This document shows, piece after piece, positions 19,745 through 28,764 of a DNA stretch of 64,000 nt. Under the pieces are notes generated by a model. It worked only from the letters and a program-made list of their open reading frames with translations. It searched no databases and was not told where the DNA came from. The stretch lies in assembly GCA_002502685.1 (NCBI GenBank), contig DAQA01000013.1, forward strand, positions 2,202 to 66,201, given 5' to 3'. This DNA comes from Euryarchaeota archaeon UBA202. Lineage in GTDB: Archaea > Thermoplasmatota > E2 > UBA202. The translations under genes and the position numbers were made by a program. Every line of letters begins with the position of its first letter. Positions within the stretch are counted from its first letter, which is position 1.

Positions 19745-22492
19745 ATGAACCAAAGACAGTATCATCAGGTTTTTTATGGTAAAAGTCTTGTCCTTATTTC
19801 ATGTCTATTGCTACTTGTGGCAAGTACTGTATTTCCCCTTGGAAGCCTAGCCAGTGAAACCCCGCTAGAATTACCCCGAGGAGAGACCCGTTCTATACCG
19901 GGTTCTTTTGATCTTCGAAATGTGAACGGTACCAATTATGTCACCTCCGTGAAAAACCAGGAAGGAGGAACCTGTTGGACCCATGGTGCCGTGGCGGCCC
20001 TGGAGGGCAACCTACTGATGACCGGCAACTGGGAATCAGCGAGGGAAACAGGGGAGCCGAATCTTGCAGAGTATCATCTTGATTGGTGGAATGGCTTTAA
20101 TACCCATTGTAATGATGATGATCCCGGGGGTGGCGGGCTCACCGTTCATCAAGGAGGTGACTATCGAGTCACCTCGGCCTATCTCTCACGTTGCGAAGGA
20201 GCGGTTCGGGATATTGATGGCCAATCATATAGCACACCTCCTGAGAGGTATAATGACAGTTATCACTATTATTACCCCCGGGATATTGAATGGTACACCG
20301 CGGGGGGCAACCTGGAAAATATCACTATTATCAAAAGCCATATCATGACCGAGGGAGTAATGGGGACATGCATGTGTTATGATGACAATTTCATAAATGG
20401 TAACTATGTCCACTATCAGCCACCCACAAGTACCCTTGATCCCAACCATGCCGTTGCCATTATTGGATGGGATGATAATAAAACAACGACACAGGCGCCA
20501 CAACCCGGGGCATGGCTGTGCAAGAATAGCTGGGGAAGTTCCTGGGGTTTGGATGGATTTTTTTGGATATCCTATTATGATAAACACTGTTGCCAGCATC
20601 CAGAAATGGGGGCCATATCCTTCCAGGATGTAGAATTCATGCGGTATGAAAACATCTATTATCACGATTACCACGGGTGGCGTGCAAGCATTACGGGCAT
20701 CACTGAGGCATTTAATGCATATACTGCAACAGAGGAAGGATTACTCCATGAAGTAAGTTTTTATACAACAGGGGATAATGTCACCTATACCGTAAAGGTG
20801 TATGATAGTTTTCAGAATGACTCTCTACAAAATGAGCTTGCCAGCACCACCGGGATTATAACATATACAGGGTTTCACACCGTTACCCTGAATACTTCAG
20901 TATTCCTCACAGTGGGAAATGATTTCTATATCTATCTAAATCTCTCCAATAGTAAACACCCCATTGATATCACCTCTGAAGTACCCGTTCTATTGGGATT
21001 CAATTCTACACGTGTCACGGTGGTATCTGCTTCGAATCCCGGTGAAAGCTATTACTATAACGGCGTAAACTGGCAAGATCTGTATAATTGGAATAATACC
21101 GCCAATTTTTGTATCAAGGGACTAATCTCCCCCGCGTTTCATATCAGCTATCCCAATGGCCTTCCCGGCATCATAGAGCCAGGAAACTCGCCTACCTTAA
21201 CAATCAAGATAGAGGAAATGGGTGATACCTATGTCCCCGGGACAGGCTATATTCATTATCGGTATGACCAGGGAACTTATGAGACTCTTCCCTTGACCCA
21301 AAATGAAAGCAACATTTATGAGGTTACCTTGCCCCCTGTTACCTGTGGCAACATCCATGAGTATTATTTCAGCCTGGATGGATCAGTTACGGGTACCCTT
21401 TATGACCCCCCTAGTGCACCTAGTGAGACATATAGTTTTTGTGTGGGAACACTGACACCATTATTCAGTGATAACTTTGAGACAGATACAGGCTGGACAG
21501 TGGAAAATGACCTTTCTCTTACCGCGGGCGCCTGGGAGAGAGGAATACCCGTGGGGGGCGGTAATCGAGGTGACCCACCCGATGATTATGATGGGTCAGG
21601 GAAATGTTATCTTACAGAGAATGCTTATGGTGATTCGGATGTTGATGGGGGTACTACATGGCTAATATCACCCTCCCTGGATGTGGCCTTTGCCCCGGAT
21701 GTAAAAATTAGTTATGCCATTTGGTACACCAATGATTATGGGAGTGCTCCCTATTCGGATGTTTTCCATGTCCATGTATCAAATGATGGAGGTGCTACCT
21801 GGGTGCTGGTGCAAACAATTGGCCCGAAGTCAGCTCCAGGGTGGACGGTATATAGTTTTTGGGTGAATGAGTATATTTCTCCCACAAGCCAGGTAAAAGT
21901 TCGCTTTGAGGCATCAGACCTAGAGAATGGATCTGTTGTTGAGGCTGGCGTGGATGCATTTCATGTATATCTTTTTAATTGCACCAATGTCTTTGAGTAT
22001 GTCCCTATAACCTTATATCAAGGATGGAATTTAATCACGTGCCCCTTGGAACAGGAGTACACGGCGGAAACACTGGGTAACGCAATCACTGATTGTACCG
22101 TGGTTATCATGTTTAATGGGAGTAGCCAGACATTCTTGACCCATGTGGTGGGTACACCCCATGATGATTTCCCTCTCCTGGATGGCGTGGGCTATTTTAT
22201 CTATGTAAATAATACAACCATTTTTACCCATGTTGGATTCTCCATCCCCAGTATCACGGTCCCTATCTTTAAGGAGTGGAACCTGGTTGGATGGAGTGAC
22301 TATACAAATACCACGGCGGTAGCACTTGGTAATGCTATCATCGATACCACGGTTGTGAGCATGTTTGATGCCGAAAGTAAAACATTTATAACCCATGTGG
22401 TAGGTACACCCCATGATAACTTTATCATCACTCGGGGCATGGGACTTTTTATCTATGCAACTGAGAGTAGCATCTGGCATGGAGAGGGTTAA
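19745..22492 (+). CDS. Secreted papain-family (C1) cysteine peptidase with MAM/choice-of-anchor-J-like domain and a tandem C-terminal repeat
   Basis: Signal peptide present. Catalytic triad contexts are [18 protein letters not shown] (Cys), [11 protein letters not shown] (His) and [10 protein letters not shown] (Asn). [15 protein letters not shown]... is the MAM-like part. 915 aa. Confidence 0.8.
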   Translation: MNQRQYHQVFYGKSLVLISCLLLLVASTVFPLGSLASETPLELPRGETRSIPGSFDLRNVNGTNYVTSVKNQEGGTCWTHGAVAALEGNLLMTGNWESARETGEPNLAEYHLDWWNGFNTHCNDDDPGGGGLTVHQGGDYRVTSAYLSRCEGAVRDIDGQSYSTPPERYNDSYHYYYPRDIEWYTAGGNLENITIIKSHIMTEGVMGTCMCYDDNFINGNYVHYQPPTSTLDPNHAVAIIGWDDNKTTTQAPQPGAWLCKNSWGSSWGLDGFFWISYYDKHCCQHPEMGAISFQDVEFMRYENIYYHDYHGWRASITGITEAFNAYTATEEGLLHEVSFYTTGDNVTYTVKVYDSFQNDSLQNELASTTGIITYTGFHTVTLNTSVFLTVGNDFYIYLNLSNSKHPIDITSEVPVLLGFNSTRVTVVSASNPGESYYYNGVNWQDLYNWNNTANFCIKGLISPAFHISYPNGLPGIIEPGNSPTLTIKIEEMGDTYVPGTGYIHYRYDQGTYETLPLTQNESNIYEVTLPPVTCGNIHEYYFSLDGSVTGTLYDPPSAPSETYSFCVGTLTPLFSDNFETDTGWTVENDLSLTAGAWERGIPVGGGNRGDPPDDYDGSGKCYLTENAYGDSDVDGGTTWLISPSLDVAFAPDVKISYAIWYTNDYGSAPYSDVFHVHVSNDGGATWVLVQTIGPKSAPGWTVYSFWVNEYISPTSQVKVRFEASDLENGSVVEAGVDAFHVYLFNCTNVFEYVPITLYQGWNLITCPLEQEYTAETLGNAITDCTVVIMFNGSSQTFLTHVVGTPHDDFPLLDGVGYFIYVNNTTIFTHVGFSIPSITVPIFKEWNLVGWSDYTNTTAVALGNAIIDTTVVSMFDAESKTFITHVVGTPHDNFIITRGMGLFIYATESSIWHGEG
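22001..22489 (+). repeat. Two tandem ~80-aa units forming the C-terminus of the C1 peptidase
   Basis: [60 protein letters not shown] (22001-22258) versus [58 protein letters not shown] (22259-22489). Confidence 0.75.
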
Positions 22493-22644
22493 AAAAGAAT
22501 AGGAATGATAGAGGGTAATAAAAAATCCATCCTTTTTATGCCCGGGTATGACTTGTGCCTTCCTCTCTAGGGGTTGCCCGGGGGATGAATGGCTTGGATG
22601 ATCGGGGGGACAAAATTTTAAATGGGAACAACCAATAAGTTTTT

Positions 22645-23496
22645 ATGGTACGAAAAGCAGTGGTGGCTGGAACATTTTATCCTAGAACACCTGAGGCGTT
22701 AAAAGAACAGATTCAGCACTGTTTCATGCACCCCCTTGGGCCCCGAAAGATTCCAAAAGTGGGTACCCGGAGAACAATAAAGGGGGTAATTGTTCCTCAC
22801 GCTGGCTATATATACTCGGGACATGTCGCTGCACATTGCTATGCTGCAATCGCAGAGAATGGATTTCCTGAAACATTTATTATCCTGGGACCTAACCACA
22901 CGGGACAGGGTTCAGGAGTCGCTTTGGTAACCCAGGGTTCCTGGGAAACACCCCTGGGGGAAATACCCATTGATAAAGAAACTGCTCCCCAGCTTGTGAA
23001 GGGAATAATTGATAAAGATGAAAAAGCTCATCAATTTGAGCATTCCATTGAGGTACAGTTACCCTTCCTCCAATATTTCAAGGATTTCACGTTTATTCCT
23101 ATTTCCATGGCCCTGCAGGACTTACAGACGGCACAGGAGATAGGTGACATACTGGGCTCAATCACCAAGGATGCCATTGTGATCGCCTCCACTGATTTCT
23201 CCCACGTAGGTTCTCATTATATGCAGATGCCACCCCGGGGTATACGGGTTGATGAATGGGCTGCTGAACAAGACCACTTTGCCATAGAAAAGATACTTAC
23301 CCTAAATGAAAGAGACTTTATGAAAACAGTTATGGAAAAGAATATTTCCATGTGTGGCTATGGATGTGTCACAGCACTATTGATCGCTGTGAAAAAATGG
23401 GGTGCCACAAAGGCTCGTCTTTTAAAATATGCCACCTCCTATGATGTCACACCGGGTGAATCATGTGTGGGATATGGCGCTCTGGTAATTGAGTAG
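22645..23496 (+). CDS. MEMO1-family protein (AmmeMemoRadiSam system protein B)
   Basis: AVVAGTFYP and VIVPHAGYIYSG motifs. 283 aa. Confidence 0.8.
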   Translation: MVRKAVVAGTFYPRTPEALKEQIQHCFMHPLGPRKIPKVGTRRTIKGVIVPHAGYIYSGHVAAHCYAAIAENGFPETFIILGPNHTGQGSGVALVTQGSWETPLGEIPIDKETAPQLVKGIIDKDEKAHQFEHSIEVQLPFLQYFKDFTFIPISMALQDLQTAQEIGDILGSITKDAIVIASTDFSHVGSHYMQMPPRGIRVDEWAAEQDHFAIEKILTLNERDFMKTVMEKNISMCGYGCVTALLIAVKKWGATKARLLKYATSYDVTPGESCVGYGALVIE

Positions 23497-23865
23497 TTAT
23501 TTTGCCTTGGAGAGAGATAAAGCATTTTGTATTTTGCTTTGTAGTTCCTGGGATTTTTCCTTGAATCGTCCTTCTTGTTGCTCCAGTGTTTTTTTCCGTA
23601 TCTCAAGGGTTTCTTTGTTCTCTATAAGCTCTTTTTCAATTGATTGTTTATTGGGTGTCTGGATAAGGAGTGCACCAATGCTTTTATAGATCGGTGTTTT
23701 CTCTGTGGTTTTCTTTAATTCTTCAAGTGCTCGTTCGGTATCATTTAACCGGAAATCAATTTGTGTTTTTTGTTGGGTGACAAGTTGTAATTGTTGCTGT
23801 ATTTGTTGTAATTTCCCCAATTGATTCTGTATCTGAGGTGGAAGATGTTTCGGATCTATGGCCAT
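23497..23865 (-). CDS. pfdB: Prefoldin subunit beta
   Basis: 122 aa coiled-coil protein. QNQLGKLQQIQQQLQ ... IYKSIGALLIQ matches the prefoldin beta architecture. Confidence 0.8.
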   Translation of the reverse strand: MAIDPKHLPPQIQNQLGKLQQIQQQLQLVTQQKTQIDFRLNDTERALEELKKTTEKTPIYKSIGALLIQTPNKQSIEKELIENKETLEIRKKTLEQQEGRFKEKSQELQSKIQNALSLSKAK

Positions 23866-23905
23866 TAAATAGACCTAATAGCCATCTCTCTCTTAAAGAT
23901 TGTGA

Positions 23906-25201
23906 TTAGGGATATACTCTTCTGACCAAGCGGGGGAAAGGCGTCATGTCTCGGATATGTTCCTGTTGGGTAATCCAGCATAACAATCGTTCAATACCCA
24001 TGCCAAAACCAGAGTGAGGAATGGATCCAAAACGTCGAAGATCAAAAAACCATTCATAATTCTCCAGCTTCGCACCTTGTTTTTTAAGTCGCATTTTCAT
24101 GGATGAGATGTCCTCGGATCGTTGGCTGCCCCCAATAATTTCACCATATCCTTGGGGGGCTAACATATCGGAACATTCAACTGTTTTCCCATCTGGGGAT
24201 AATTTCATATAAAATGCTTTAATTTCCTGGGGGAAATGAGTAATAAACAAGGGCTTTTCCTCCCCGACTGTAAGAACTTTTTCTTGGGATACACCAAAAT
24301 CATCACCCCAGGTGAAATCAAATCCTTTTTTTTGTAAACGGGTAACGGCTTCTTTGTACGTAATTTTTGGAAAGGGCGGGGTTATCTTTTGAAGGTCCAA
24401 GGGATTACATCCGAGAGCTTCAAGATTGGATGTGCATGCCGTGCTGATGTTTTGGCATACGTAACTGATAAGTTCTTCTTGCAAGGCCATGTTTTGATTG
24501 TTATCAAGCCAGGCCTCTTCTGCTTCAAGATGCCAGTATTCTATGAGATGACGTCGCGTCCGGGATTTTTCAGCTCGAAAAGAGGGAGTAAGACACCAAA
24601 CTCTTTCTAAGGAAAAAATCAATGCTTCAAGATACATCTGAGCGGTTTGGGATAAAAAGGCCTTTTGATCAAAATATTTGAAGGTAAAGGCTGTTGCTCC
24701 CCCCTCTGCAGCATTAGTGGTAATAACAGAGGGAGTTGTCTCAAAAAAATCATGTGTAGCAAACCAGTCCCGTATTATGCGGAGGAGAGATGCTTTAATC
24801 TTCATTATGTGAGTGAGTTGCTGGGAGCGAACCCAGAGATGCCTATGGTCAAGCAAGATTTCGGTGCTGTGTTGTTCTGTTATGGGAAAGATATCAGCAG
24901 AATTAATAACCGTAAAACTCTCCGGATGGATTTCCCATCCACCCGGGGCTCTTTTATCCTTAATAACCTGTCCTTCTAGAGACACAGAGGATTCAATTAA
25001 TGCCTTCTTTGCCGCCTCGAATTCATCATCCGGTATTCCCCCTTTTTCAATTGTGACCTGGATTATACCCGTGGCATCCCGTACTTGAAGAAAAATGAGT
25101 TTTCCACTACTTCGGGTACGATGAATCCATCCCCGTATCCGTACCTTTTCCCCTGTTTTCCCTGAAAGGATATTATCTATCCTGTCCCATATCTGTGCCA
25201 T
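23906..25201 (-). CDS. asnS: Asparagine--tRNA ligase (class IIb)
   Basis: Motif 2 FRAEKSRTRRHLIEYWHLEAE is of the AsnRS type (EFW.. rather than the AspRS FRAED..). GGSQR and GFGMGIERLL (motif 3) are present. 431 aa. Confidence 0.75.
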   Translation of the reverse strand: MAQIWDRIDNILSGKTGEKVRIRGWIHRTRSSGKLIFLQVRDATGIIQVTIEKGGIPDDEFEAAKKALIESSVSLEGQVIKDKRAPGGWEIHPESFTVINSADIFPITEQHSTEILLDHRHLWVRSQQLTHIMKIKASLLRIIRDWFATHDFFETTPSVITTNAAEGGATAFTFKYFDQKAFLSQTAQMYLEALIFSLERVWCLTPSFRAEKSRTRRHLIEYWHLEAEEAWLDNNQNMALQEELISYVCQNISTACTSNLEALGCNPLDLQKITPPFPKITYKEAVTRLQKKGFDFTWGDDFGVSQEKVLTVGEEKPLFITHFPQEIKAFYMKLSPDGKTVECSDMLAPQGYGEIIGGSQRSEDISSMKMRLKKQGAKLENYEWFFDLRRFGSIPHSGFGMGIERLLCWITQQEHIRDMTPFPRLVRRVYP

Positions 25202-25364
25202 TTTACTACAAATAAGGTATCCTCATAAAATCTTTTGTGTTCGCAAACCAAGATATATTAGCCTAGGGATAGGTTATATAGAAACAAATGGGGGTGCTGT
25301 AGCATAATGAAACAGCAGAGGAGTTGGCCACCTTAGTATTTTTTTTCTTCTAAAATTTTACAGA

Positions 25365-25736
25365 CTAAATGGTATATTTCAGCTCGTCCGTATCCTTCAT
25401 TGGAATAGCGTTGCCGTACTTTTTTACCACTTCTTTGACCAGGGGATCACCCATTTCTTGTATAATTTCCCGTATGATTTCTTCTAATCCTGTTTGCCGT
25501 ACCGAACTGGAAACATAAACATGGATCTCTTTTAGGGCAGCAATAATTTCTATGATGGAAAGAAATAAAACAAAACCTGAGGCTAGAATAATGAGTTCAT
25601 CATGATGGATAATGGAATAATAAAATATTTCAGCATCGGCAAGTAAGACAATAAAGGGAATGATTAAAACTATTTTTTCCCAACGTGTAGCACTCCCTAG
25701 TTCTTCAAGGAATTTCCTGCAATACCTATGCCTCAT
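25365..25736 (-). CDS. Hypothetical 2-TM membrane protein
   Basis: Two hydrophobic segments (IVLIIPFIVLLA, ILASGFVLFLSIIEIIAAL) and a charged C-terminal tail. It starts 4 nt after the PqqD-like stop. No recognisable family. Confidence 0.4.
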   Translation of the reverse strand: MRHRYCRKFLEELGSATRWEKIVLIIPFIVLLADAEIFYYSIIHHDELIILASGFVLFLSIIEIIAALKEIHVYVSSSVRQTGLEEIIREIIQEMGDPLVKEVVKKYGNAIPMKDTDELKYTI

Positions 25737-25739
25737 TGT

Positions 25740-26108
25740 TTAGGTTATGGAATAATCCTCAATAATCTTTTCGGAAGACTCCAGAGAGATGAGATTATTT
25801 TTTTCTAGATCATATAAAAATTGTACCAGTCTTTCCTCAAGGTTTTCTTCACCAAAATTATTTTTTATAGACGTAAGGATGTTCTCTACGGAATGATGGC
25901 CATCACAGTATTTCCACACAAATGATCCAAGATGATCAAGATGGAGCAAAATATGGGGATCACGGCGAAGTAGCCGGCAGAATAGTTTCCCAATTGTTCC
26001 CTGAAATTTAGGGACCTTGATGCGGACATGATCTTCCTGACTAAACCATTCTGCTTGCCGGAGAGGAAGAGATGTTTTCTTAATGGAATATAATTTATGC
26101 TTGGGCAT
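25740..26108 (-). CDS. PqqD-family (RRE-like peptide-binding) protein
   Basis: LDHLGSFVWKYCDGHHSVENILTSIKNNFG...RLVQFLYDLEKNNLISL fits the PqqD pattern (LD..G..iW...DG..tv.eI...l...). ATG 26108 overlaps the OPT stop by 14 nt. Confidence 0.5.
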   Translation of the reverse strand: MPKHKLYSIKKTSLPLRQAEWFSQEDHVRIKVPKFQGTIGKLFCRLLRRDPHILLHLDHLGSFVWKYCDGHHSVENILTSIKNNFGEENLEERLVQFLYDLEKNNLISLESSEKIIEDYSIT

Positions 26109-28110
26109 TCCCTTTTCCTTGGGCCTTGGTAAACTCCCGGAGAACAAGATACCCAATCAAAAAGGCAATATAACACCACACTAAAAGACCAGGCCATGAG
26201 GGTGCCACATTGAAAACCTTGAGATCTATACTTCCAATGATAAGAAATGCGGCAATAACACCCATTAATGCCTCTCCTGCAATCAATCCCGCGGTAAACA
26301 AAATTCCTGTTCTTCGCGCCTTTTCCTTGGGATTCACTCCTTTTTGTTTAACCGCCATTTCCCAGTCACCAATTTCTTCTTCATCACTTTGGGGTGACCT
26401 TTTATCAATTATTCTATCAACGACTGCCCGGACACCACCCCCTACAAAAATGGGGATGGTAAGAGAAAAGGGAAGATAGGTACCGATGGCAACCGGGAGA
26501 ACAGGAAGATCCATAAGGATAAGTATGATGGCAAGAACAGCACCAGCAATCACATATGGCCAAATCATTTCACCTCCGAGGACACCACGGACTACACCAG
26601 CCATAAGAAATGCCTGCGGGGCAGGAAGATTGGGGCTTCCAATGGTATAGGCCGAATGTAGAGAGGCAACCACAAGGCCTAATATGGGAGCGGCAGCAAT
26701 GACTCCAACCATCTCGGCAACCTGCATTTTCCACGGTGTGGCACCAATCATATGACCCGAGGACATGGATTGGAGAACATCTCCTGAAATAGCAGCGGCG
26801 CAACACACAACAGCTGCCATTCCAATTACAATGGCCATACCGCCAGCACCAGTGATACCGAAGGCCAATAAAATGAGACTGACAAAGAGAAGAACAGAAA
26901 CAGTGACCCCGGAGATGGGGTTATTAGATGACCCAAGAAGACCCGCCATATAACCTGCTATTGCTGATGCTACAAAGGCTACCAATAAGAGAAGAGCAGC
27001 CATAAATGCAGATAGAGCTACAAGATCAGAAATCCAGGTATATAAAAGAAACATGGGTATCACCATGAGGGCAATGGCCAAAAAAACTTTTTTGTAGGCA
27101 AGATCTTGATTTGTTCTCTTTTTTGACCCTGTATCTCCCCCCCGGATACCCGTGACTGCTTCCTTGATACCACTGACTAAATTATTTCTTAAACTCCAAA
27201 TAGTCCACAGTCCTCCCACGACCATGGCGCCTACACCGATATATCTTACCTGATCACCCCAGATAGTATAAAACCCGCCCAGAAGGGGACCAAGGTTGGC
27301 ATATTGCCCTATAGGTTCAGGTAATCCACTGGCGAGGATAATCAGGGGTGTAATAATCACCCAGCTGATCAGGCCTCCACACAGAACAAAAGATGCAATA
27401 CGGGGACCAATGATATATCCAACACCCAAGAGGGCTGGAGATGAGGCCACCCCGCCATAGAGATATCCTTTACTGGTTTTCCCCAAGATGGTGTATTTTC
27501 CTATGGAGATAATATCTTCGGTAACACCCCGGAAAAGATTAAGGGAAACCTGGCAAAATTTTACCAGAGCGGCCAACAGGGCACCCACCGGCATCCATAT
27601 ACTTTGGCCACCACCTTTATTTGTTTTCTTTTCTCCTCCTTCTCCTACGGTTGTTGTTAATACCGCTGCGACGGCAATACCTTCCGGGAAAGGAAGATCA
27701 GTTTGGACAATTAATGCTCTGCGCAGTGGAACCATCCAGAGTACCCCTAAAATTCCGCCAATTAAGGCAATAACGGTTGTTTCCAGATAATGAATGTCTT
27801 CCCATACCCCTAGAACAACAAGAGCAGGGATGGTAAAGATAATTCCGGCTGCCAGGGCTTCACCGGCTGCTGTTCCCATCATTCCCAGGTTGACTTCAAG
27901 GATGGTTCCTTTAAAGGGTTTAAGTATTGCAAGGGACATGATCGCCCCTGGTATGGCAGCAGAAACCGTCATACCCGCATAAAGACCAAGATACGCATTG
28001 GCGGATCCCATCACTATGGCAAGGAGCATGCCCACGAGAATTGCTTTTAATGTTAATTCGGGGATGATACGCTCTGAGGGTATAAATGACTGAAAATCTT
28101 CCCGGGACAT
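26095..28110 (-). CDS. OPT-family oligopeptide transporter
   Basis: 671 aa polytopic membrane protein. N-terminal ELTLKAILVGMLLAIVMGSANAYLGLYAGMTVSAAIP matches the prokaryotic OPT signature. GGAGG RBS before the ATG. Confidence 0.8.
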   Translation of the reverse strand: MSREDFQSFIPSERIIPELTLKAILVGMLLAIVMGSANAYLGLYAGMTVSAAIPGAIMSLAILKPFKGTILEVNLGMMGTAAGEALAAGIIFTIPALVVLGVWEDIHYLETTVIALIGGILGVLWMVPLRRALIVQTDLPFPEGIAVAAVLTTTVGEGGEKKTNKGGGQSIWMPVGALLAALVKFCQVSLNLFRGVTEDIISIGKYTILGKTSKGYLYGGVASSPALLGVGYIIGPRIASFVLCGGLISWVIITPLIILASGLPEPIGQYANLGPLLGGFYTIWGDQVRYIGVGAMVVGGLWTIWSLRNNLVSGIKEAVTGIRGGDTGSKKRTNQDLAYKKVFLAIALMVIPMFLLYTWISDLVALSAFMAALLLLVAFVASAIAGYMAGLLGSSNNPISGVTVSVLLFVSLILLAFGITGAGGMAIVIGMAAVVCCAAAISGDVLQSMSSGHMIGATPWKMQVAEMVGVIAAAPILGLVVASLHSAYTIGSPNLPAPQAFLMAGVVRGVLGGEMIWPYVIAGAVLAIILILMDLPVLPVAIGTYLPFSLTIPIFVGGGVRAVVDRIIDKRSPQSDEEEIGDWEMAVKQKGVNPKEKARRTGILFTAGLIAGEALMGVIAAFLIIGSIDLKVFNVAPSWPGLLVWCYIAFLIGYLVLREFTKAQGKGNAQA

Positions 28111-28150
28111 GGCATTCCTCCTTTCTATAATCCCACTTAGTTTTATAAAT

Positions 28151-28201
28151 CCATCGTTTTATATACCTGTTGGACAAAACCCCCCAAAAATGGGGGGTTT
28201 T
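28151..28201 (-). promoter_or_regulatory. Palindrome + TATA module, copy A (upstream of the OPT operon)
   Basis: The minus strand reads AAAACCCCCC-ATTTTT-GGGGGGTTTT (28201-28176), then N10, then TATATAAAACGATGG (28165-28151). The TATA centre is ~50 nt upstream of ATG 28110. A near-identical module lies at 36989-37040. Confidence 0.5.
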
Positions 28202-28221
28202 ATAAAACTGCAGCTATAGGC

Positions 28222-28339
28222 AGGGTTGTATTTTTGTGGCATAGGGTTGTTCACAAGGGTTGTTCGCCATGATAACCACCATTGCATCAAGAACAAGCAT
28301 ACCTTGTACAATCATCATTGTTGTTAAGGCTTGTTCACC
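28222..28339. repeat. Four direct copies of a ~12-nt motif AGG[GC]TTGT[TA][CT][AG]C
   Basis: AGGGTTGTAT (28222), AGGGTTGTTCAC (28243-28254), AGGGTTGTTCGC (28256-28267), AGGCTTGTTCAC (28327-28338). Confidence 0.4.
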
Positions 28340-28549
28340 ATAATAATTTGACCCTTATCTTTTAAAAACAACAAACCCTATTCTCATTTAATGGAGAAAA
28401 AAAACAGTTTTCATAGCGGGACTCACATTAGGAATTTTATTATGTTTAATAGGAGCTTTCTTAATGATTTTTGACACCTTCCCTTTATCTGCAAGAATAA
28501 CGATTGTTAAAGTGTCATTTATATTTTCCATCGTCACGAAGGCAACAAC

Positions 28550-28753
28550 ATGGAGCATAAAGATTCCCTGGGTAATGTGGAATTCGATGACTACATGAAA
28601 AACTTTAATAACCTGGTTTTGAACTATTTTCCCAGTAAAAAGGTGACAAATCTTTATTATTGCGGCCACTACACCCATCCAGGGATCGGTGTCCCCGTAA
28701 CTTTGATTTCTTCCCAGTTGGCGACACAAAAAATAGTCGATTCCCTAAAATAA
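28550..28753 (+). pseudogene. C-terminal remnant of a CrtI/amine-oxidase-type FAD oxidoreductase
   Basis: NLYYCGHYTHPGIGVPVTLISSQLATQKI matches the C-terminal FAD-binding block (NLY.xG..t.PG.GvP.v..S) of phytoene-desaturase-family enzymes. Only 67 codons are open, and nothing upstream is recognisably homologous. Confidence 0.45.
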
Positions 28754-28764
28754 AAAACTGTCTT

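Noticed and set aside
23494-23499. Convergent MEMO1-like and prefoldin-beta genes whose stop codons abut with zero intergenic bases.
   Set aside because: This is unusual-looking but consistent with the generally compact gene packing here. No additional signal (hairpin, overlap-encoded element) was found.
25290-25340. Hairpin GCTGT-N11-ACAGC within GGGGGTGCTGTAGCATAATGAAACAGCAGAGGAGTTGGCCACC, considered as a tRNA or sRNA fragment.
   Set aside because: It has no acceptor stem, no T-loop (TTCRANY) and no D-loop G18G19 context. It is a single 5-bp stem only.
28205-28325. 34-codon minus-strand ORF (MMIVQGMLVLDAMVVIMANNPCEQPYATKIQPCL) ending just before the OPT palindrome, considered as a leader peptide or small membrane protein.
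   Set aside because: It has no RBS and no known motif. Its sequence is largely dictated by the AGGGTTGTTCAC direct repeats. It is kept only as context for the repeat finding.
28388-28729. 113-aa minus-strand ORF overlapping the CrtI-like remnant. Also a plus-strand reading across an A8 run (28406-28413) that, after a frameshift, would give a small TM peptide (MEKKTVFIAGLTLGILLCLIGAFLMIF..).
   Set aside because: The minus ORF has no recognisable motif and is antisense to the only conserved block in the region. The TM peptide needs an assumed frameshift and has no supporting evidence.
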